NCBI GenBank assembly: GCA_016187025.1
Contig: JACPKM010000004.1
Span: 99,637-163,636 of the forward strand
DNA from: Candidatus Daviesbacteria bacterium
Lineage (GTDB): Bacteria; Patescibacteriota; Microgenomatia; Daviesbacterales; UBA10151
DNA length: 64,000 nt
Direction of reading: 5' to 3'
How positions within the stretch are numbered: position 1 is the first letter of the stretch; every line of letters begins with the position of its first letter. The translations under genes and the position numbers were made by a program. Of the stretch, positions 48,670-59,545 are shown piece after piece. Below the pieces are notes generated by a model that did not search any database, had not been told where the DNA came from, and saw only the letters and a list, made by a program, of their open reading frames with translations.

Positions 48670-49803
48670 ATGATGGATTTATCAAAATATAACTTACCAA
48701 AACCAAGTATCACCGGACTTTTAATAAGTATTTCACTAGGGGTTATAGTGGCAGTAGCTTTATACCAAGCGCAAGTTAGAGGCATTTTGCCTAGTAATGA
48801 TTTTAAGTTACCTCAAATCCAAACTCAGGAGAAAAAAACAATAGTACAGGAAGAAAATGCCATTATTTCTGTTGTTGATGCTGTGTCCTCCTCTGTTGTA
48901 GCAATTGGTATAACAAGGAGGGTAGTAAACCCTTTAGACCCTTTTTCCTTGCCACAAAAACAAGATAGTACTATAGGTACAGGATTTGTAGTTTCCAAAG
49001 ATGGAGTTATAGTCACAAACAAGCATGTAGTATCAGATCCAGATGTAAAGTTTATGGTTATTACAAAGGATGATCAAAAGTTTGAAGTTAAAAGAATCTA
49101 TAGAGATACAGTATTGGATTTGGCACTGGTGCAGATTGATGCTTCGGATTTAAAGCCTGTTGATTTGGGAGACTCAGCTAAGCTACGGATTGGACAGACA
49201 GCTATTGCCATTGGTAATGCCTTAGGAAGATTTACTAACACTGTTACAACGGGAGTAATTTCCGGGTTGGGAAGGGCAGTGATAGCTGGTGATCCGTTTG
49301 AAGGTTCAGTTGAAAGATTGGACAATTTAATTCAAACAGATGCTGCCATTAACCCGGGTAACTCTGGAGGGCCTCTTTTAAACTCTGGGGGTCAGGTGAT
49401 AGGGGTCAATGTGGCAACAACCGAAGGAGCGCAAAATATTGGTTTTGCGATTCCTATTAACTCTGTTAAACCTATTGTTGATGAGTTTTTAACAACAGGT
49501 TCAGTCTCGCGTCCATATCTTGGGATAAGATATAGGTTTGTTTCCCGCGATGTGGCAATTTTAAATGAGGTGCCTCAGGGGGTATATATTCAGGAAGTAT
49601 TAGATGACAGCCCGGCTAAAAAAGCAGGTATTGAAGAAGGGGATATAATTACAAAAATTAATGGTCAAGCTATAGACCAAGAGAATAAGGTATCAGATAT
49701 TGTGGCTGATAGTAATATAGGCCAAAACGTAAACTTAACTGTATGGAGAGACGGGAAGGAACTAAATATGACAGCAACTGTGGGTAATTCTCCGAGTCAA
49801 TAA
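48670..49803 (+). CDS. htrA: HtrA/DegP family serine protease with PDZ domain
   Basis: Trypsin-like catalytic triad context (TNKHVV, GNSGGPL) and a C-terminal PDZ. Confidence 0.88.
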   Translation: MMDLSKYNLPKPSITGLLISISLGVIVAVALYQAQVRGILPSNDFKLPQIQTQEKKTIVQEENAIISVVDAVSSSVVAIGITRRVVNPLDPFSLPQKQDSTIGTGFVVSKDGVIVTNKHVVSDPDVKFMVITKDDQKFEVKRIYRDTVLDLALVQIDASDLKPVDLGDSAKLRIGQTAIAIGNALGRFTNTVTTGVISGLGRAVIAGDPFEGSVERLDNLIQTDAAINPGNSGGPLLNSGGQVIGVNVATTEGAQNIGFAIPINSVKPIVDEFLTTGSVSRPYLGIRYRFVSRDVAILNEVPQGVYIQEVLDDSPAKKAGIEEGDIITKINGQAIDQENKVSDIVADSNIGQNVNLTVWRDGKELNMTATVGNSPSQ

Positions 49804-50504
49804 CAAATCAACAATACCCTTTGTTTTTTGGCCAAATCTGTTTTTACCTCAACTTGAGCTTTAGGAAAATACTTTAAGGATTCAGATATTGCCAGTTCTC
49901 CATGAGTATAGTCAATTTCACCAACAATGAGCTTGGGATTTATGTTTGCCTTTTTAATTTGTTTAAAAAGCTTGCGGTAAAGTTCAAAACCATCTTTCCC
50001 TCCGTCAAGTGCAATATTGGGTTCATAATTTTTAACTGAAGGATCCAAATATGGAATTCTTTCTGATGGGATGTAGGGGAGATTAGTAATGATAATTAGG
50101 TTGTAGGTTGTAGGTCCTGCCTGCCGGCAGGCAGGTTGTAGGGGGTAGTTAGCAAGAAGATTGCTTTGGATAAATTTAATTTGGTTTTCAACTCCATGTA
50201 GTTTTGCGTTTTTTTGAGCTACTTTTAAAGCCCGAGAGGAGATATCTGTTGCGAAAACTTTCACACCGGGTGCATTTTTAGCAATTGATATGGCAATATT
50301 TCCAGATCCTGTACCAATATCGATAACTAATATGTTTTTTTCTTCAACCTTACTACTTAATACATCATACTTAATACTTTTTAGTACCTCATCTACCAGT
50401 AACTCAGTTTCCGGGCGGGGAATTAGCACATCAGGGGTTAGCTTAAGTTTTAACTTATAAAATTCAGCAAATCCTTGTAAATACTGCTTAGGCGGTTGAT
50501 TCAT
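49797..50504 (-). CDS. prmC: Release factor glutamine methyltransferase PrmC/HemK
   Basis: SAM motif [12 protein letters not shown] and an N(L)PY catalytic motif. An extra loop PACRQAGPT is encoded by the GC-rich palindrome. Confidence 0.85.
   Translation of the reverse strand: MNQPPKQYLQGFAEFYKLKLKLTPDVLIPRPETELLVDEVLKSIKYDVLSSKVEEKNILVIDIGTGSGNIAISIAKNAPGVKVFATDISSRALKVAQKNAKLHGVENQIKFIQSNLLANYPLQPACRQAGPTTYNLIIITNLPYIPSERIPYLDPSVKNYEPNIALDGGKDGFELYRKLFKQIKKANINPKLIVGEIDYTHGELAISESLKYFPKAQVEVKTDLAKKQRVLLICY
50116..50135. repeat. 20-bp perfect GC-rich palindrome CCTGCCTGCCGGCAGGCAGG inside prmC, flanked by TTGTAGG/CCTACAA direct repeats
   Basis: Read directly from the sequence. The same core is in dnaX at 5296-5317. 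Confidence 0.9.
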
Positions 50505-51441
50505 TTTGCTCTTTTTCCCGCAGGGCAGAAATTACATCTTCTAAACTACCTTCCATAATTTCCTCCAAGTTGTACCAGGATTTGTTAATCCTGTGATCTG
50601 TTATTCTATTTTGCGGATAATTATAAGTCCTGATTTTTTCGCTTCTGTCACCTCCACCAACTTGTAAAGATCTTTGTGAATCCAGCTCGCCAAAGGTCTT
50701 TTTTTGTTTAATTTCCCACAGCTTGGCTCGAAGTAGTGCAAAAGCATACTCTCTGTTGGCAAGCTGACTTCTTTCTGTCTGGGCAGTCACAACAATGCCT
50801 GTAGGCAGATGTTTAAGTCTGACAGCAGTATTTACTTTATTTACATTTTGTCCTCCTGCCCCGCCTGATCTAAAGGCTTCAAACTCAATGTCTGCAGGGT
50901 TTATAACAAACTCACTTTCTACAACTTCAGGTAAAACAGCCACTGTGGCAGTTGAGGTATGTATCCTTCCTGAAGATTCTGTTACGGGAACTCTTTGTAC
51001 TCTATGCACTCCAGATTCAAACTTTAGTCTATTGTAGACATCTTTGCCGGTAATTTTTAAAATAACCTCCTTTATTTGTCCAAGCTTGCCTTCTGATCTG
51101 TTCAGCTCCTCGGTTTTCCAGTTATTATTTTGAGAAAAGCGGGTATACATTCTTTGTAAGTCTCCGGCAAAAAGTCCTGCTTCATCTCCTCCCGCAGCAG
51201 ATCTAATTTCCAATATGGCTATATTTTGTTTAACTCCACCCAAGCTTCCAGGTTCGTTACTTGATGAGGAATTATGGCTCATAGGGGTTGAGGCTGAGTC
51301 CATAAGTTCTTGCTTTTGACTTTCAATCTCAGCTATTTCATCTTTGGCAAGTTGGGACAGTTCAGGATCCTCAAGCAAAGGCTGTAAATCAGCGATCCTT
51401 TGATCAAGTTCTTTTATTTGTTGTTGAATATAATCGTCCAT
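50488..51441 (-). CDS. prfA: Peptide chain release factor 1
   Basis: PVT tripeptide, GGQ motif ([11 protein letters not shown]), and an N-terminal Ser-rich insertion. Confidence 0.88.
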   Translation of the reverse strand: MDDYIQQQIKELDQRIADLQPLLEDPELSQLAKDEIAEIESQKQELMDSASTPMSHNSSSSNEPGSLGGVKQNIAILEIRSAAGGDEAGLFAGDLQRMYTRFSQNNNWKTEELNRSEGKLGQIKEVILKITGKDVYNRLKFESGVHRVQRVPVTESSGRIHTSTATVAVLPEVVESEFVINPADIEFEAFRSGGAGGQNVNKVNTAVRLKHLPTGIVVTAQTERSQLANREYAFALLRAKLWEIKQKKTFGELDSQRSLQVGGGDRSEKIRTYNYPQNRITDHRINKSWYNLEEIMEGSLEDVISALREKEQNESTA

Positions 51442-51471
51442 GACTATCCAGTGCTGTTTGTTTCCTGAATT

Positions 51472-51798
51472 CTAACTGGCTGCTTGTTTGCGGGCTCTTA
51501 GAAGCATATCTTTGAGTGAGGGGCGGTCTTGTTTCTTTTCTTCTATCTTTAACTTTCTTGCTTCCACAATTTTCTTTCTTTCTTCTTGTTTTACTTTTGA
51601 GGCTTCAGTTTTTTTCTGGAATCTTTCAACTTGACCTAAAGTATCAATAAGCTTTGATTGACCAGTAAAGAAGGGATGACATTTGCTGCAAATCTCTACA
51701 CGAATCTCCCCCAGAGTAGATCCGGTTAAAAAAGAATTACCACAAGCGCAAACTACCTTAGCTTGCTCATTCCATTGAGGGTGAATTCCTTGTTTCAT
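51472..51798 (-). CDS. rpmE: 50S ribosomal protein L31 with a Lys-rich C-terminal extension
   Basis: MKQGIHP..., CxCG...[10 protein letters not shown]. Confidence 0.82.
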   Translation of the reverse strand: MKQGIHPQWNEQAKVVCACGNSFLTGSTLGEIRVEICSKCHPFFTGQSKLIDTLGQVERFQKKTEASKVKQEERKKIVEARKLKIEEKKQDRPSLKDMLLRARKQAAS

Positions 51799-51840
51799 AG
51801 CGGATTGTAGTATAGCAGGCTAAGAATAAAAAATCAAAGA

Positions 51841-52800
51841 TTAAACCCGGTGGAATTTATAGCCTTTATGGTGAATTTCTTTTGCCAAAGTTCCTAAAAA
51901 TACCCCTATGCCTATAAAGACTGATCCTATCAAAAATGGAATAGTTATCTTCTCAGATAGTATCAGTACTGCAAAAAATGCAGCAACAAACGGTTCGATG
52001 TATTGAAAAAGCTGGGCTTGAGTTATATTTGTTTTAGCAAGGCCCCATTCAAATAAAAGATACGCTGAAATAGAGGATAAAAGTGCCATATAAAAAATAC
52101 CAAATATTCCAATTGCACCAACCCGAGTAGGCCAAGTTGGATCTACAAAATATTCTCTTAAAGCAGGTACAAAAAAGGCTACTGTTCCTACTATAAAAGC
52201 TATGGCAGTAACTGTTAAGGAAGGGTACTTTTTTAACATTCTTCGGGAAAATACAGATCCTACGACAAATGAAACAGATGCCAAAAATATTAAAAGATTC
52301 CCAAAAAGAGTAGTCAAAGAATAGTCGCCAAGTATGATTTGAGGTAGTCCGATAATAAGTAAAGCTCCCATCAAACCAAGGGTCAGGCCAAATAAGTTAA
52401 TCAAGTAGATCTTCTCTTTTAAAAACCACCATCCTGCCAAAACTGAAAGTACGGGAATAATCAGAGTGATAACAGAGGCATTAATGGCAGTTGTTCTAAT
52501 CATTCCTTCAAAGAAAAAAACAATGTTTAAAGTGACGATAAATACTCCTATTGCAACCAGTGTTGGCAGGTCCTCTTTTTTAATGGTTACTTTTTTGCCT
52601 CCGAATGAGGGGCGTGTTGTTTCAGCCAGGAAAAAAGGTGCCAGGAAAAGTGAGGCTACTGCAAATCTCAAAAACGCTAAAGAAGAAGGGGGGATCTCCT
52701 CAAGGGTAAGTTTGGCAACCACAAAACTGGCTCCCCAGATAAGATGCGAAACTAGCAAAGCAATGTAGGGGAGAGGCTTTTTTACAATTTGGGAACTCAT
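51841..52800 (-). CDS. EamA/DMT superfamily transporter
   Basis: Ten TM helices and duplicated EamA domains. Confidence 0.75.
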   Translation of the reverse strand: MSSQIVKKPLPYIALLVSHLIWGASFVVAKLTLEEIPPSSLAFLRFAVASLFLAPFFLAETTRPSFGGKKVTIKKEDLPTLVAIGVFIVTLNIVFFFEGMIRTTAINASVITLIIPVLSVLAGWWFLKEKIYLINLFGLTLGLMGALLIIGLPQIILGDYSLTTLFGNLLIFLASVSFVVGSVFSRRMLKKYPSLTVTAIAFIVGTVAFFVPALREYFVDPTWPTRVGAIGIFGIFYMALLSSISAYLLFEWGLAKTNITQAQLFQYIEPFVAAFFAVLILSEKITIPFLIGSVFIGIGVFLGTLAKEIHHKGYKFHRV

Positions 52801-52860
52801 GTGGAAATAATTTGTAAATAATAGTTACTCAGTTAAGAATAACTCAAAACCCACCAATCA

Positions 52861-54081
52861 TCAATCTTTAACCGATCCGATAGCTTCATCGATAGTAACT
52901 ACTTCTTGCGTTCTGTTTTTCAAATCCTTCAAAACTAATTTACCTGATTTAGCTTCATCCGGGCCGATAATAATTGCATAAGGGATGCCCTTTTGATCAG
53001 CATATTTAAGCTGTTTGTCTAATTTGGCTTCAGTATCTAACCAAACTTCAGTATTAACATTACTTGCACGGAGTTTGGAGCTTACTTCTAAAGAATTGTT
53101 TTGCAAATCTTGAGAAAATATTGTTACTAAAACTTCAGTAGTAGTTAAATCCTTGGGGAAAAGATTTAACTGATTCATGGCTTCTATTATCCTGTCAAAA
53201 CCATATGCTATTCCTACAGCAGGAATATCTCTACCACTAAACATACCAACTAGTTTGTCGTATCTTCCGCCCCCCGCAAGCGAACCGCTTTTGTAATCAT
53301 CGGAGACCAATTCAAATATTGTTGATGTGTAGTAATCTAAACCTCTAGCCAGACTTGCCTTATAAACATAATCTACCCCTTCTTTAAAGCCTAAGTTATT
53401 CAAAAGGTCAAATATCTTTAGAACCAGTGCGGTTGGCTTTGAATCATCAAAGGAGCGAACTAGTTTTTCCGCATCCTGTTTATTCATACCTTTGGTTATC
53501 AATTCAGAGATAACACCCTCTTTCCCTATCTTTTCCAGTTTGTCGATAGCAGATACAAATTTTGGTTCTAAGCCTCCAAAAATAGCTCTATCATTAATTA
53601 ACATCTGAACATTCTTAAAACCTAATTCCTTAACAGAAGTTAGTACACAAGCTATGATCTCTACATCGGCCACAAGAGAACTTGACCCAACTGTGTCTAT
53701 ATCGCACTGCAACAATTCTCTAAATCTACCTTTTTGGGTGTTTTCCGCCCGCCAAACAGTTTGGATTTGGTATCTTTTAAATGGGGTGGGGAGTATATTT
53801 GAGTATTGGGCTGCAACGCGGGCTAGGGGGACGGTTTGATCGTAACGCAAAGCCACTTTTCTGCCCCCATTGTCCTTGAAACGATACATTAACTTATCGC
53901 CTTCCTCGCCGTATTTACCCATTAACACTTCTTCATATTCCAGAGCAGGAGTTTCTAAAGGCTCAAAACCAAAGGATTCAAAAATACCTGTGAGCTTGCT
54001 TATGACATATTGTCTTTTCCGGGTTTCACCCGGCAAAAAATCCCTAAATCCTTTTAATGTTTGTGCTTTAATCTTTTGCAT
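52861..54081 (-). CDS. hisS: Histidine--tRNA ligase
   Basis: Class II motifs and the HisRS-specific GGRYD and anticodon-binding domain. Confidence 0.9.
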   Translation of the reverse strand: MQKIKAQTLKGFRDFLPGETRKRQYVISKLTGIFESFGFEPLETPALEYEEVLMGKYGEEGDKLMYRFKDNGGRKVALRYDQTVPLARVAAQYSNILPTPFKRYQIQTVWRAENTQKGRFRELLQCDIDTVGSSSLVADVEIIACVLTSVKELGFKNVQMLINDRAIFGGLEPKFVSAIDKLEKIGKEGVISELITKGMNKQDAEKLVRSFDDSKPTALVLKIFDLLNNLGFKEGVDYVYKASLARGLDYYTSTIFELVSDDYKSGSLAGGGRYDKLVGMFSGRDIPAVGIAYGFDRIIEAMNQLNLFPKDLTTTEVLVTIFSQDLQNNSLEVSSKLRASNVNTEVWLDTEAKLDKQLKYADQKGIPYAIIIGPDEAKSGKLVLKDLKNRTQEVVTIDEAIGSVKD

Positions 54082-54492
54082 AATTTCTCCTATATTATCA
54101 GTTGATAAGTTTTTTTACCACCTCTTTTGCCGAAGTACAGTTTTTTCTAGACTTTTAAGGTGGTCTTCCAGATCGGACGGAAAGAGGATCTAGAACGAAC
54201 TTTATCTTAGGGTATGCTTTTTTTATCGAATTGATGATTTCTTTAAGATCTTGAAACTCCTCATTCACTTTTTACTATCGGCTCAAAAATAAAAGGTGTT
54301 TTTTGTGTTATATTTAAATTATGCCTTTTGAATACTTTCTTATATTACTAAGCTTATTTTTAGTCTTTCGGGTTATTCAAAAGATTAATAAGATAAGGAT
54401 TTTCAAAAATATTAAACAAGCACTTTTTTTCTACTGAAAAAAACTTGATCTTAGGCTTGTTTTTTGAAAATTAAAGTTGTAGAGTAATTAAC

Positions 54493-55614
54493 ATGCGCGC
54501 ACCGGAAAATGCATATGCAGTTATTTTGGCAGGAGGTGGAGGCACAAGACTTTGGCCAAAATCACGCAAAAATCACCCTAAACACTTATTAAAACTTGTC
54601 GGTAAAAAAACTCTTTTAAGGGATACCTTTGAAAACTTTAATAAACTTTTTCCCAATGAAAGAATTATTGTCATTACTCTTAAAAGCCATGTAGATCAGG
54701 TAAAACAGCAGCTTCCAGAAATTCCTGATAACAATTTTATTATAGAACCGGAAAGTAAAAATACTGCTTTGGCAATGGGAACTGCAGCAGCCTATATTCA
54801 CCAGAGAAACCCTAATGCTGTGATTATTAATGAAGCTGCAGATCATCTATATCAAGACATCGGGCGTTTTCAAGCTATAGTTTTAGCAGCTTTGGATGTT
54901 GCCTTATCTTTTGATTATATAGTTTCAATAGGTATAAGACCGACTTTTCCTCATACGGGACTTGGGTATATTTGGGTTGGAGAACAGTTGGGTCATGTTA
55001 AAGTCTACTCTGATGAAAAAAGCAGAGATATATATACTTTTAAAGCACTTGGTTTTAAAGAAAAACCAGATTTGGCAACTGCACAATCCTTTATTGCAAC
55101 AGGTAAGTATTTATGGAATGCAAACCTTTATTGCTGGTCAACAAAAACTATATTAGATGCTTTTAAAAAACATTCACCAAAAATTTCTGAAGGTTTAGAA
55201 AAAATATTATCAGCAATAGGGACAAAGGAAGAAGATGAAGTAGTTAAAAAAGTTTATTCAGAAGCCCCAACTGAACAAATAGATACAGCTGTTTCTGAAA
55301 AGGCAAAAAATTTAGTAGTTATTCCAGGTGATTTTGGATGGAGTGATATTGGAGATTGGAATATTGTTTTTGACAGTTTAAAAAAAGATGAGTTTGGTAA
55401 TGCTATAGCTGATACGAATGGAAACCATTTAAGTATGGATACCCGCGACTCGCTTATTGAAACAAATGGTCGATTGGTCGTAACAATAGGGGTTTCTGAT
55501 CTGGTTATTATAGACACAGAAGATGCAGTTTTGATCTGCCCTAAAGACCGGACCCAAGAGGTTAAGAAAGTAGTCGAGAAACTAAAAGAATTAAAAAAAG
55601 ACAAATATCTTTAA
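54493..55614 (+). CDS. manC: Mannose-1-phosphate guanylyltransferase (sugar nucleotidyltransferase)
   Basis: AVILAGGGGTRLWP and an NTP-transferase fold. Confidence 0.8.
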   Translation: MRAPENAYAVILAGGGGTRLWPKSRKNHPKHLLKLVGKKTLLRDTFENFNKLFPNERIIVITLKSHVDQVKQQLPEIPDNNFIIEPESKNTALAMGTAAAYIHQRNPNAVIINEAADHLYQDIGRFQAIVLAALDVALSFDYIVSIGIRPTFPHTGLGYIWVGEQLGHVKVYSDEKSRDIYTFKALGFKEKPDLATAQSFIATGKYLWNANLYCWSTKTILDAFKKHSPKISEGLEKILSAIGTKEEDEVVKKVYSEAPTEQIDTAVSEKAKNLVVIPGDFGWSDIGDWNIVFDSLKKDEFGNAIADTNGNHLSMDTRDSLIETNGRLVVTIGVSDLVIIDTEDAVLICPKDRTQEVKKVVEKLKELKKDKYL

Positions 55615-56372
55615 TTTTTCTTGGAAGACGGAGTAGAGATTTGTGCCGAAGGTGTTGCTAGCTTTTTTGGTCTTAGTATTCCGCCTTGAGGAATAAGGTA
55701 AACAAATTCTGTTTCGACAACATTTTTTTCATTTGACCCCCCAGTAAAAATTATAAAATCATTTGTATCTAAGGTCTCAAAGCTTACTTTGTTTTTTCCC
55801 TCAAAAATCTCAGCTTCGGGATCAACAAAGACAGTGTAGCTTTTATATTCTTTATCTTTTAGGACCAGCTTTCTTCCTGAAACCGAAATAATTTGTCCCC
55901 AAAAATGCTTCTTACTATCTTGAGAAGAGTTCAAAAGCACTATTTTTTTAGCTGTTAAGATCCCACCATCGTCCGCATCTCCTAAAGCAGCAACATAATC
56001 TTCCCCGGCTAAGGTTTTAAATGAAAATTTTGTCTTTGATTTTTTTTCACTTTCAAACTCAGTGTCTTCGCTGATGCTAATAACTTTGGGGCCATTTAAT
56101 GTTGTCAGAGTTATAGAGCTTGCTGTTTTTGTTTTAACTGGTCCTATATATGCTTTATTTTGTAATTTCTGGGTAATTTCTTGCTTTAGCTTCGCCGCTT
56201 TAGAAGCAATATCTTTTTTTAACTCCTCAAGCTTAGATTTAACATCTGCCGAAGGTGAGGATTCTGTAGCCTTTGCACTATTTGTGAAGAAGAATTGATT
56301 AATTAGCAAAATAACTACCAAGGTAAGAATAATATTTTTAAGTATTAATTTATGGATTTTTAGCCTTTTCAT
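55611..56372 (-). CDS. Secreted hypothetical protein
   Basis: Signal-anchor N-terminus. It is convergent with manC, with overlapping stops. Confidence 0.45.
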   Translation of the reverse strand: MKRLKIHKLILKNIILTLVVILLINQFFFTNSAKATESSPSADVKSKLEELKKDIASKAAKLKQEITQKLQNKAYIGPVKTKTASSITLTTLNGPKVISISEDTEFESEKKSKTKFSFKTLAGEDYVAALGDADDGGILTAKKIVLLNSSQDSKKHFWGQIISVSGRKLVLKDKEYKSYTVFVDPEAEIFEGKNKVSFETLDTNDFIIFTGGSNEKNVVETEFVYLIPQGGILRPKKLATPSAQISTPSSKKN

Positions 56373-56803
56373 TAGATTTTCTCCTTTGAGTAATATACTG
56401 TTCTTGTTTCAAATCTTGAATCGCCATTTACATCGAATACAGAAATAGTAATTGTATTAACTCCAGGTTCAAGTTCTAGGGTGGATGAAAATTGCCCATC
56501 AGATTTTGAGTTAATTACTAAGTTACTTGATTCTGTTGAGATTACTATTGGTAAATTTGGTGTGGTTTTTCCGGATACTAGGATGGATGGTTTAAATACC
56601 AAGCGGTCATTATCTGGCTCCTCTACTGAGATAAGCAGAGAGCGTGGTTCACTGGTTACTGGTCCTCCTCCAGGGGAATAGAGAGCTATAGTAGGAGGGT
56701 TTTGGATATTTAAAACATAGTAAAGCAGGCTAATAAACACTAAACCAAGCAGTAAGATTAAACACTGAGAAATCACAAAGGTTTTAGTAGAAAGCTTCTT
56801 CAT
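56372..56803 (-). CDS. Membrane-anchored hypothetical protein
   Basis: N-terminal TM. Confidence 0.4.
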   Translation of the reverse strand: MKKLSTKTFVISQCLILLLGLVFISLLYYVLNIQNPPTIALYSPGGGPVTSEPRSLLISVEEPDNDRLVFKPSILVSGKTTPNLPIVISTESSNLVINSKSDGQFSSTLELEPGVNTITISVFDVNGDSRFETRTVYYSKEKI

Positions 56804-56864
56804 TGGCCGTTATATATTAATTCTATCTTGTTTGAGATTCAACAGCTATGTTAAAATTCAAAGC

Positions 56865-57521
56865 ATGGATATTTATTGGTTAGGTCAAGCTTGTTTTAGA
56901 CTCAAGGGTAAAAATGCTTCGGTTGTGATAGATCCTTTTGATCCAGACTTTACAGGGTTAAAACTACCTAAAGATTTTCAAGCAGACTTTGCTTTATCAA
57001 CCCACTCTCATCAAGATCACAACAACACTTCAGCTGTTAAAACTACCTCAGGTGAGCAGGCAATGGTATTTAATGGTCCAGGGGAGTATGAGGTGAATGG
57101 GGTTGTGGTTACAGGTATTGAATCTTTTCACGATAACTTAGGTGGATCAGAAAGAGGAAAAAATGTTATTTTCCACCTGCTTTTTGACAACTTGAACATT
57201 GTTCACCTTGGGGATTTAGGCCAGGATCAACTGAGTGAAGAGCAGCTTGCAGAGATTGGTCAAACAGATATATTACTGATTCCGGTAGGATCTGTTTATA
57301 CCATAGATGCAAAAGTTGCAGCAAGCATAGTTTCCCAACTTGAACCAAGTATTATTATTCCCATGCATTATAAAATAGAGGGCTTAAAATTTGATTTAGA
57401 TCCTCTGGATAACTTCTTGAAAGAAATGAGTTTAGAAAACATCGAGTCCCTGCCTAAGCTCTCCATTACCAAAGACAAGCTTCCAGAAGAGCCACAGGTT
57501 GTGGTATTAAGCAAGGTATAA
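56865..57521 (+). CDS. MBL-fold metallo-hydrolase
   Basis: HSHQDH motif; start at MDIYWLGQACF. Confidence 0.75.
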   Translation: MDIYWLGQACFRLKGKNASVVIDPFDPDFTGLKLPKDFQADFALSTHSHQDHNNTSAVKTTSGEQAMVFNGPGEYEVNGVVVTGIESFHDNLGGSERGKNVIFHLLFDNLNIVHLGDLGQDQLSEEQLAEIGQTDILLIPVGSVYTIDAKVAASIVSQLEPSIIIPMHYKIEGLKFDLDPLDNFLKEMSLENIESLPKLSITKDKLPEEPQVVVLSKV

Positions 57522-57540
57522 AGCAAGATCAGTTAAATAT

Positions 57541-58890
57541 ATGTCTGTTTCTACAAAACTGCCTCCACAAAATATAGAGGCTGAACAATCCCTTTTGGGA
57601 GCCTTGCTTATTGATAAAGATGCCATAGTAAGGATTGCAGAGCTAATAAACCCCACAAACTTTTATAGAACAGAACAACACGGCTCTATTTATGCGGCTA
57701 TTCAATCCCTTTTTGACAAAAGAGAACCAATTGATTTAGTTACTTTAACTGAGGAGCTAAAAAGAAAAGGAGTTTATGATAAGGTTGGGGGATCTGCATA
57801 TTTAACATCTTTGGTAAACACTGTTCCTACCTCTGCGCATATCGAACAATATGCAAGGATTGTTAAAGAACATGCTCTCAGGCGCAATTTAATTGTTCAA
57901 GCGACAAAACTGATTGAGAGAGCATACGATGATGGTGAACTTGTGTCTGAACTTCTAGAATATGCAGAAAGTAGCCTCTTTGCTATTTCACAGGATAATG
58001 TTAAAAGAGACTTTATTCCTATTAAAGATGTTTTGACTGAGTCTTTTGATAGGTTAGATGAGTTGCAAAAAAATGCAGGTAAGCTAAGAGGAGTACCAAC
58101 TGGTTTTAGGGATTTAGATAATAAACTGGCTGGAATGCAAGATTCCAACTTGTTAATATTGGCTGCCAGACCCGGTGTGGGAAAAACTTCCCTTGCTTTA
58201 AATATTGCTCAATATGTTGCAGTGGTGGTAGGTCTGCCAGTAGGGATTTTCTCCCTGGAAATGAGCCAAGAAGAGCTTGTAGACAGGTTGTTGGTGGGAC
58301 AGGCTGATATTGATGCCTGGAAGCTAAAAACCGGAAGGCTTGACGAGAAAGACTTTGACAAATTATCTATTGCCATGGGAGAGCTTGCGGAGGCCCCGCT
58401 TTTTATTGATGATACTCCTGGTTTATCTATTTCTGAGCTTAGAACAAAGGCCCGTCGTTTACAGGTAGAGCATGGACTTAAGTTTCTGGTTGTTGACTAT
58501 TTGCAACTTATTCATGGAAGAAACTTGGAAAATAGGGTACAAGAAGTATCAGAAATTTCCCAAGCTTTGAAAAATCTGGCAAGAGAGCTAAAAATTCCAG
58601 TTTTGGCTCTTTCGCAGTTATCAAGGGCAGTAGAAAACAGAGGCACAAGAAGACCTCAGCTGGCTGATTTAAGGGAGTCAGGAGCCATAGAGCAGGATGC
58701 TGATGTAGTGATGTTTATATATAAAGAAGATCCTGAACAGCCGGAAAACATGACCTTGGATATTCAAAAGCATAGAAACGGCTCGATAGGAGAGATTCAA
58801 CTATTCTTCAGGGGTGATAGAACCAAGTTTTATGGAGTGGAAAAAGCCCGAGTCAGTAAACCACCTGAGTCAAAGCCAAGCAGGCTTTAG
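57541..58890 (+). CDS. dnaB: Replicative DNA helicase DnaB
   Basis: N-terminal DnaB domain and RecA-like Walker A ARPGVGKTS. Confidence 0.92.
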   Translation: MSVSTKLPPQNIEAEQSLLGALLIDKDAIVRIAELINPTNFYRTEQHGSIYAAIQSLFDKREPIDLVTLTEELKRKGVYDKVGGSAYLTSLVNTVPTSAHIEQYARIVKEHALRRNLIVQATKLIERAYDDGELVSELLEYAESSLFAISQDNVKRDFIPIKDVLTESFDRLDELQKNAGKLRGVPTGFRDLDNKLAGMQDSNLLILAARPGVGKTSLALNIAQYVAVVVGLPVGIFSLEMSQEELVDRLLVGQADIDAWKLKTGRLDEKDFDKLSIAMGELAEAPLFIDDTPGLSISELRTKARRLQVEHGLKFLVVDYLQLIHGRNLENRVQEVSEISQALKNLARELKIPVLALSQLSRAVENRGTRRPQLADLRESGAIEQDADVVMFIYKEDPEQPENMTLDIQKHRNGSIGEIQLFFRGDRTKFYGVEKARVSKPPESKPSRL

Positions 58891-59478
58891 AACTTGTTCG
58901 GTGAATTTCTCAATTTCTTTTTTAAACTCATCAAGCGTATTGTTATTGACAATTTTATAATCTGCTTTAGATCCTATCTTAGGAATTAGAAGCTCAGTTT
59001 GTATTTTTTCTTCTTCCATGAATTGTGCCAAAGAGACTCCAGCCTCACCAACTTTGTCACTTTTTAATTTTAGCCTTTGGTAACGTAACTGCACCTTAGC
59101 TGTGATATATACCATTAAGTTATTGGGAGATTGTCTGATCATGTTACCATCCTCAAGCCACCTGACACCATCAATTAAAATAATATCAGCTTTTTGATTT
59201 TGTATCCTTTTACTCATGGTATGGGTAAGGGTACCACGTCCGTAGCCTGTGTTCATAATAATAGCTAGCTGCTGAAGGTTACTTCTGGTGTTGGGAATGT
59301 CCCAAAGATCTAAAGTTTCTGCTAGGATATCAGAGAACCGGAGCTGTACAATTTTTCTCTGAGGGGTAAGCTTTTTCAAAAACTTAAAAAATGTTTCCTT
59401 GCCAGATCCTTTTTCGCCGACTAAACCAATCACCAGTTTCACAAGATGTTTGTAACAGAAAAAGGGGAGGGTAGTCAA
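58870..59478 (-). CDS. P-loop NTPase, putative small-molecule kinase (CoaE/dNK-like)
   Basis: GLVGEKGSGKET Walker A, a ~200-aa kinase-sized protein. Confidence 0.45.
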   Translation of the reverse strand: MTTLPFFCYKHLVKLVIGLVGEKGSGKETFFKFLKKLTPQRKIVQLRFSDILAETLDLWDIPNTRSNLQQLAIIMNTGYGRGTLTHTMSKRIQNQKADIILIDGVRWLEDGNMIRQSPNNLMVYITAKVQLRYQRLKLKSDKVGEAGVSLAQFMEEEKIQTELLIPKIGSKADYKIVNNNTLDEFKKEIEKFTEQVLKPAWL

Positions 59479-59545
59479 TTAGAAATTAGTAAGTGCATAA
59501 CCCAGATTTGACAAATAGTTTATAATAACGGTTATAGGTTAACAT

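Noticed and set aside
54120-54200. T-box-like sequence AAGGTGGTCTTCC near hisS
   Set aside because: It is on the plus strand whereas hisS is on the minus strand. No specifier or antiterminator architecture could be assembled, so it is probably chance similarity.
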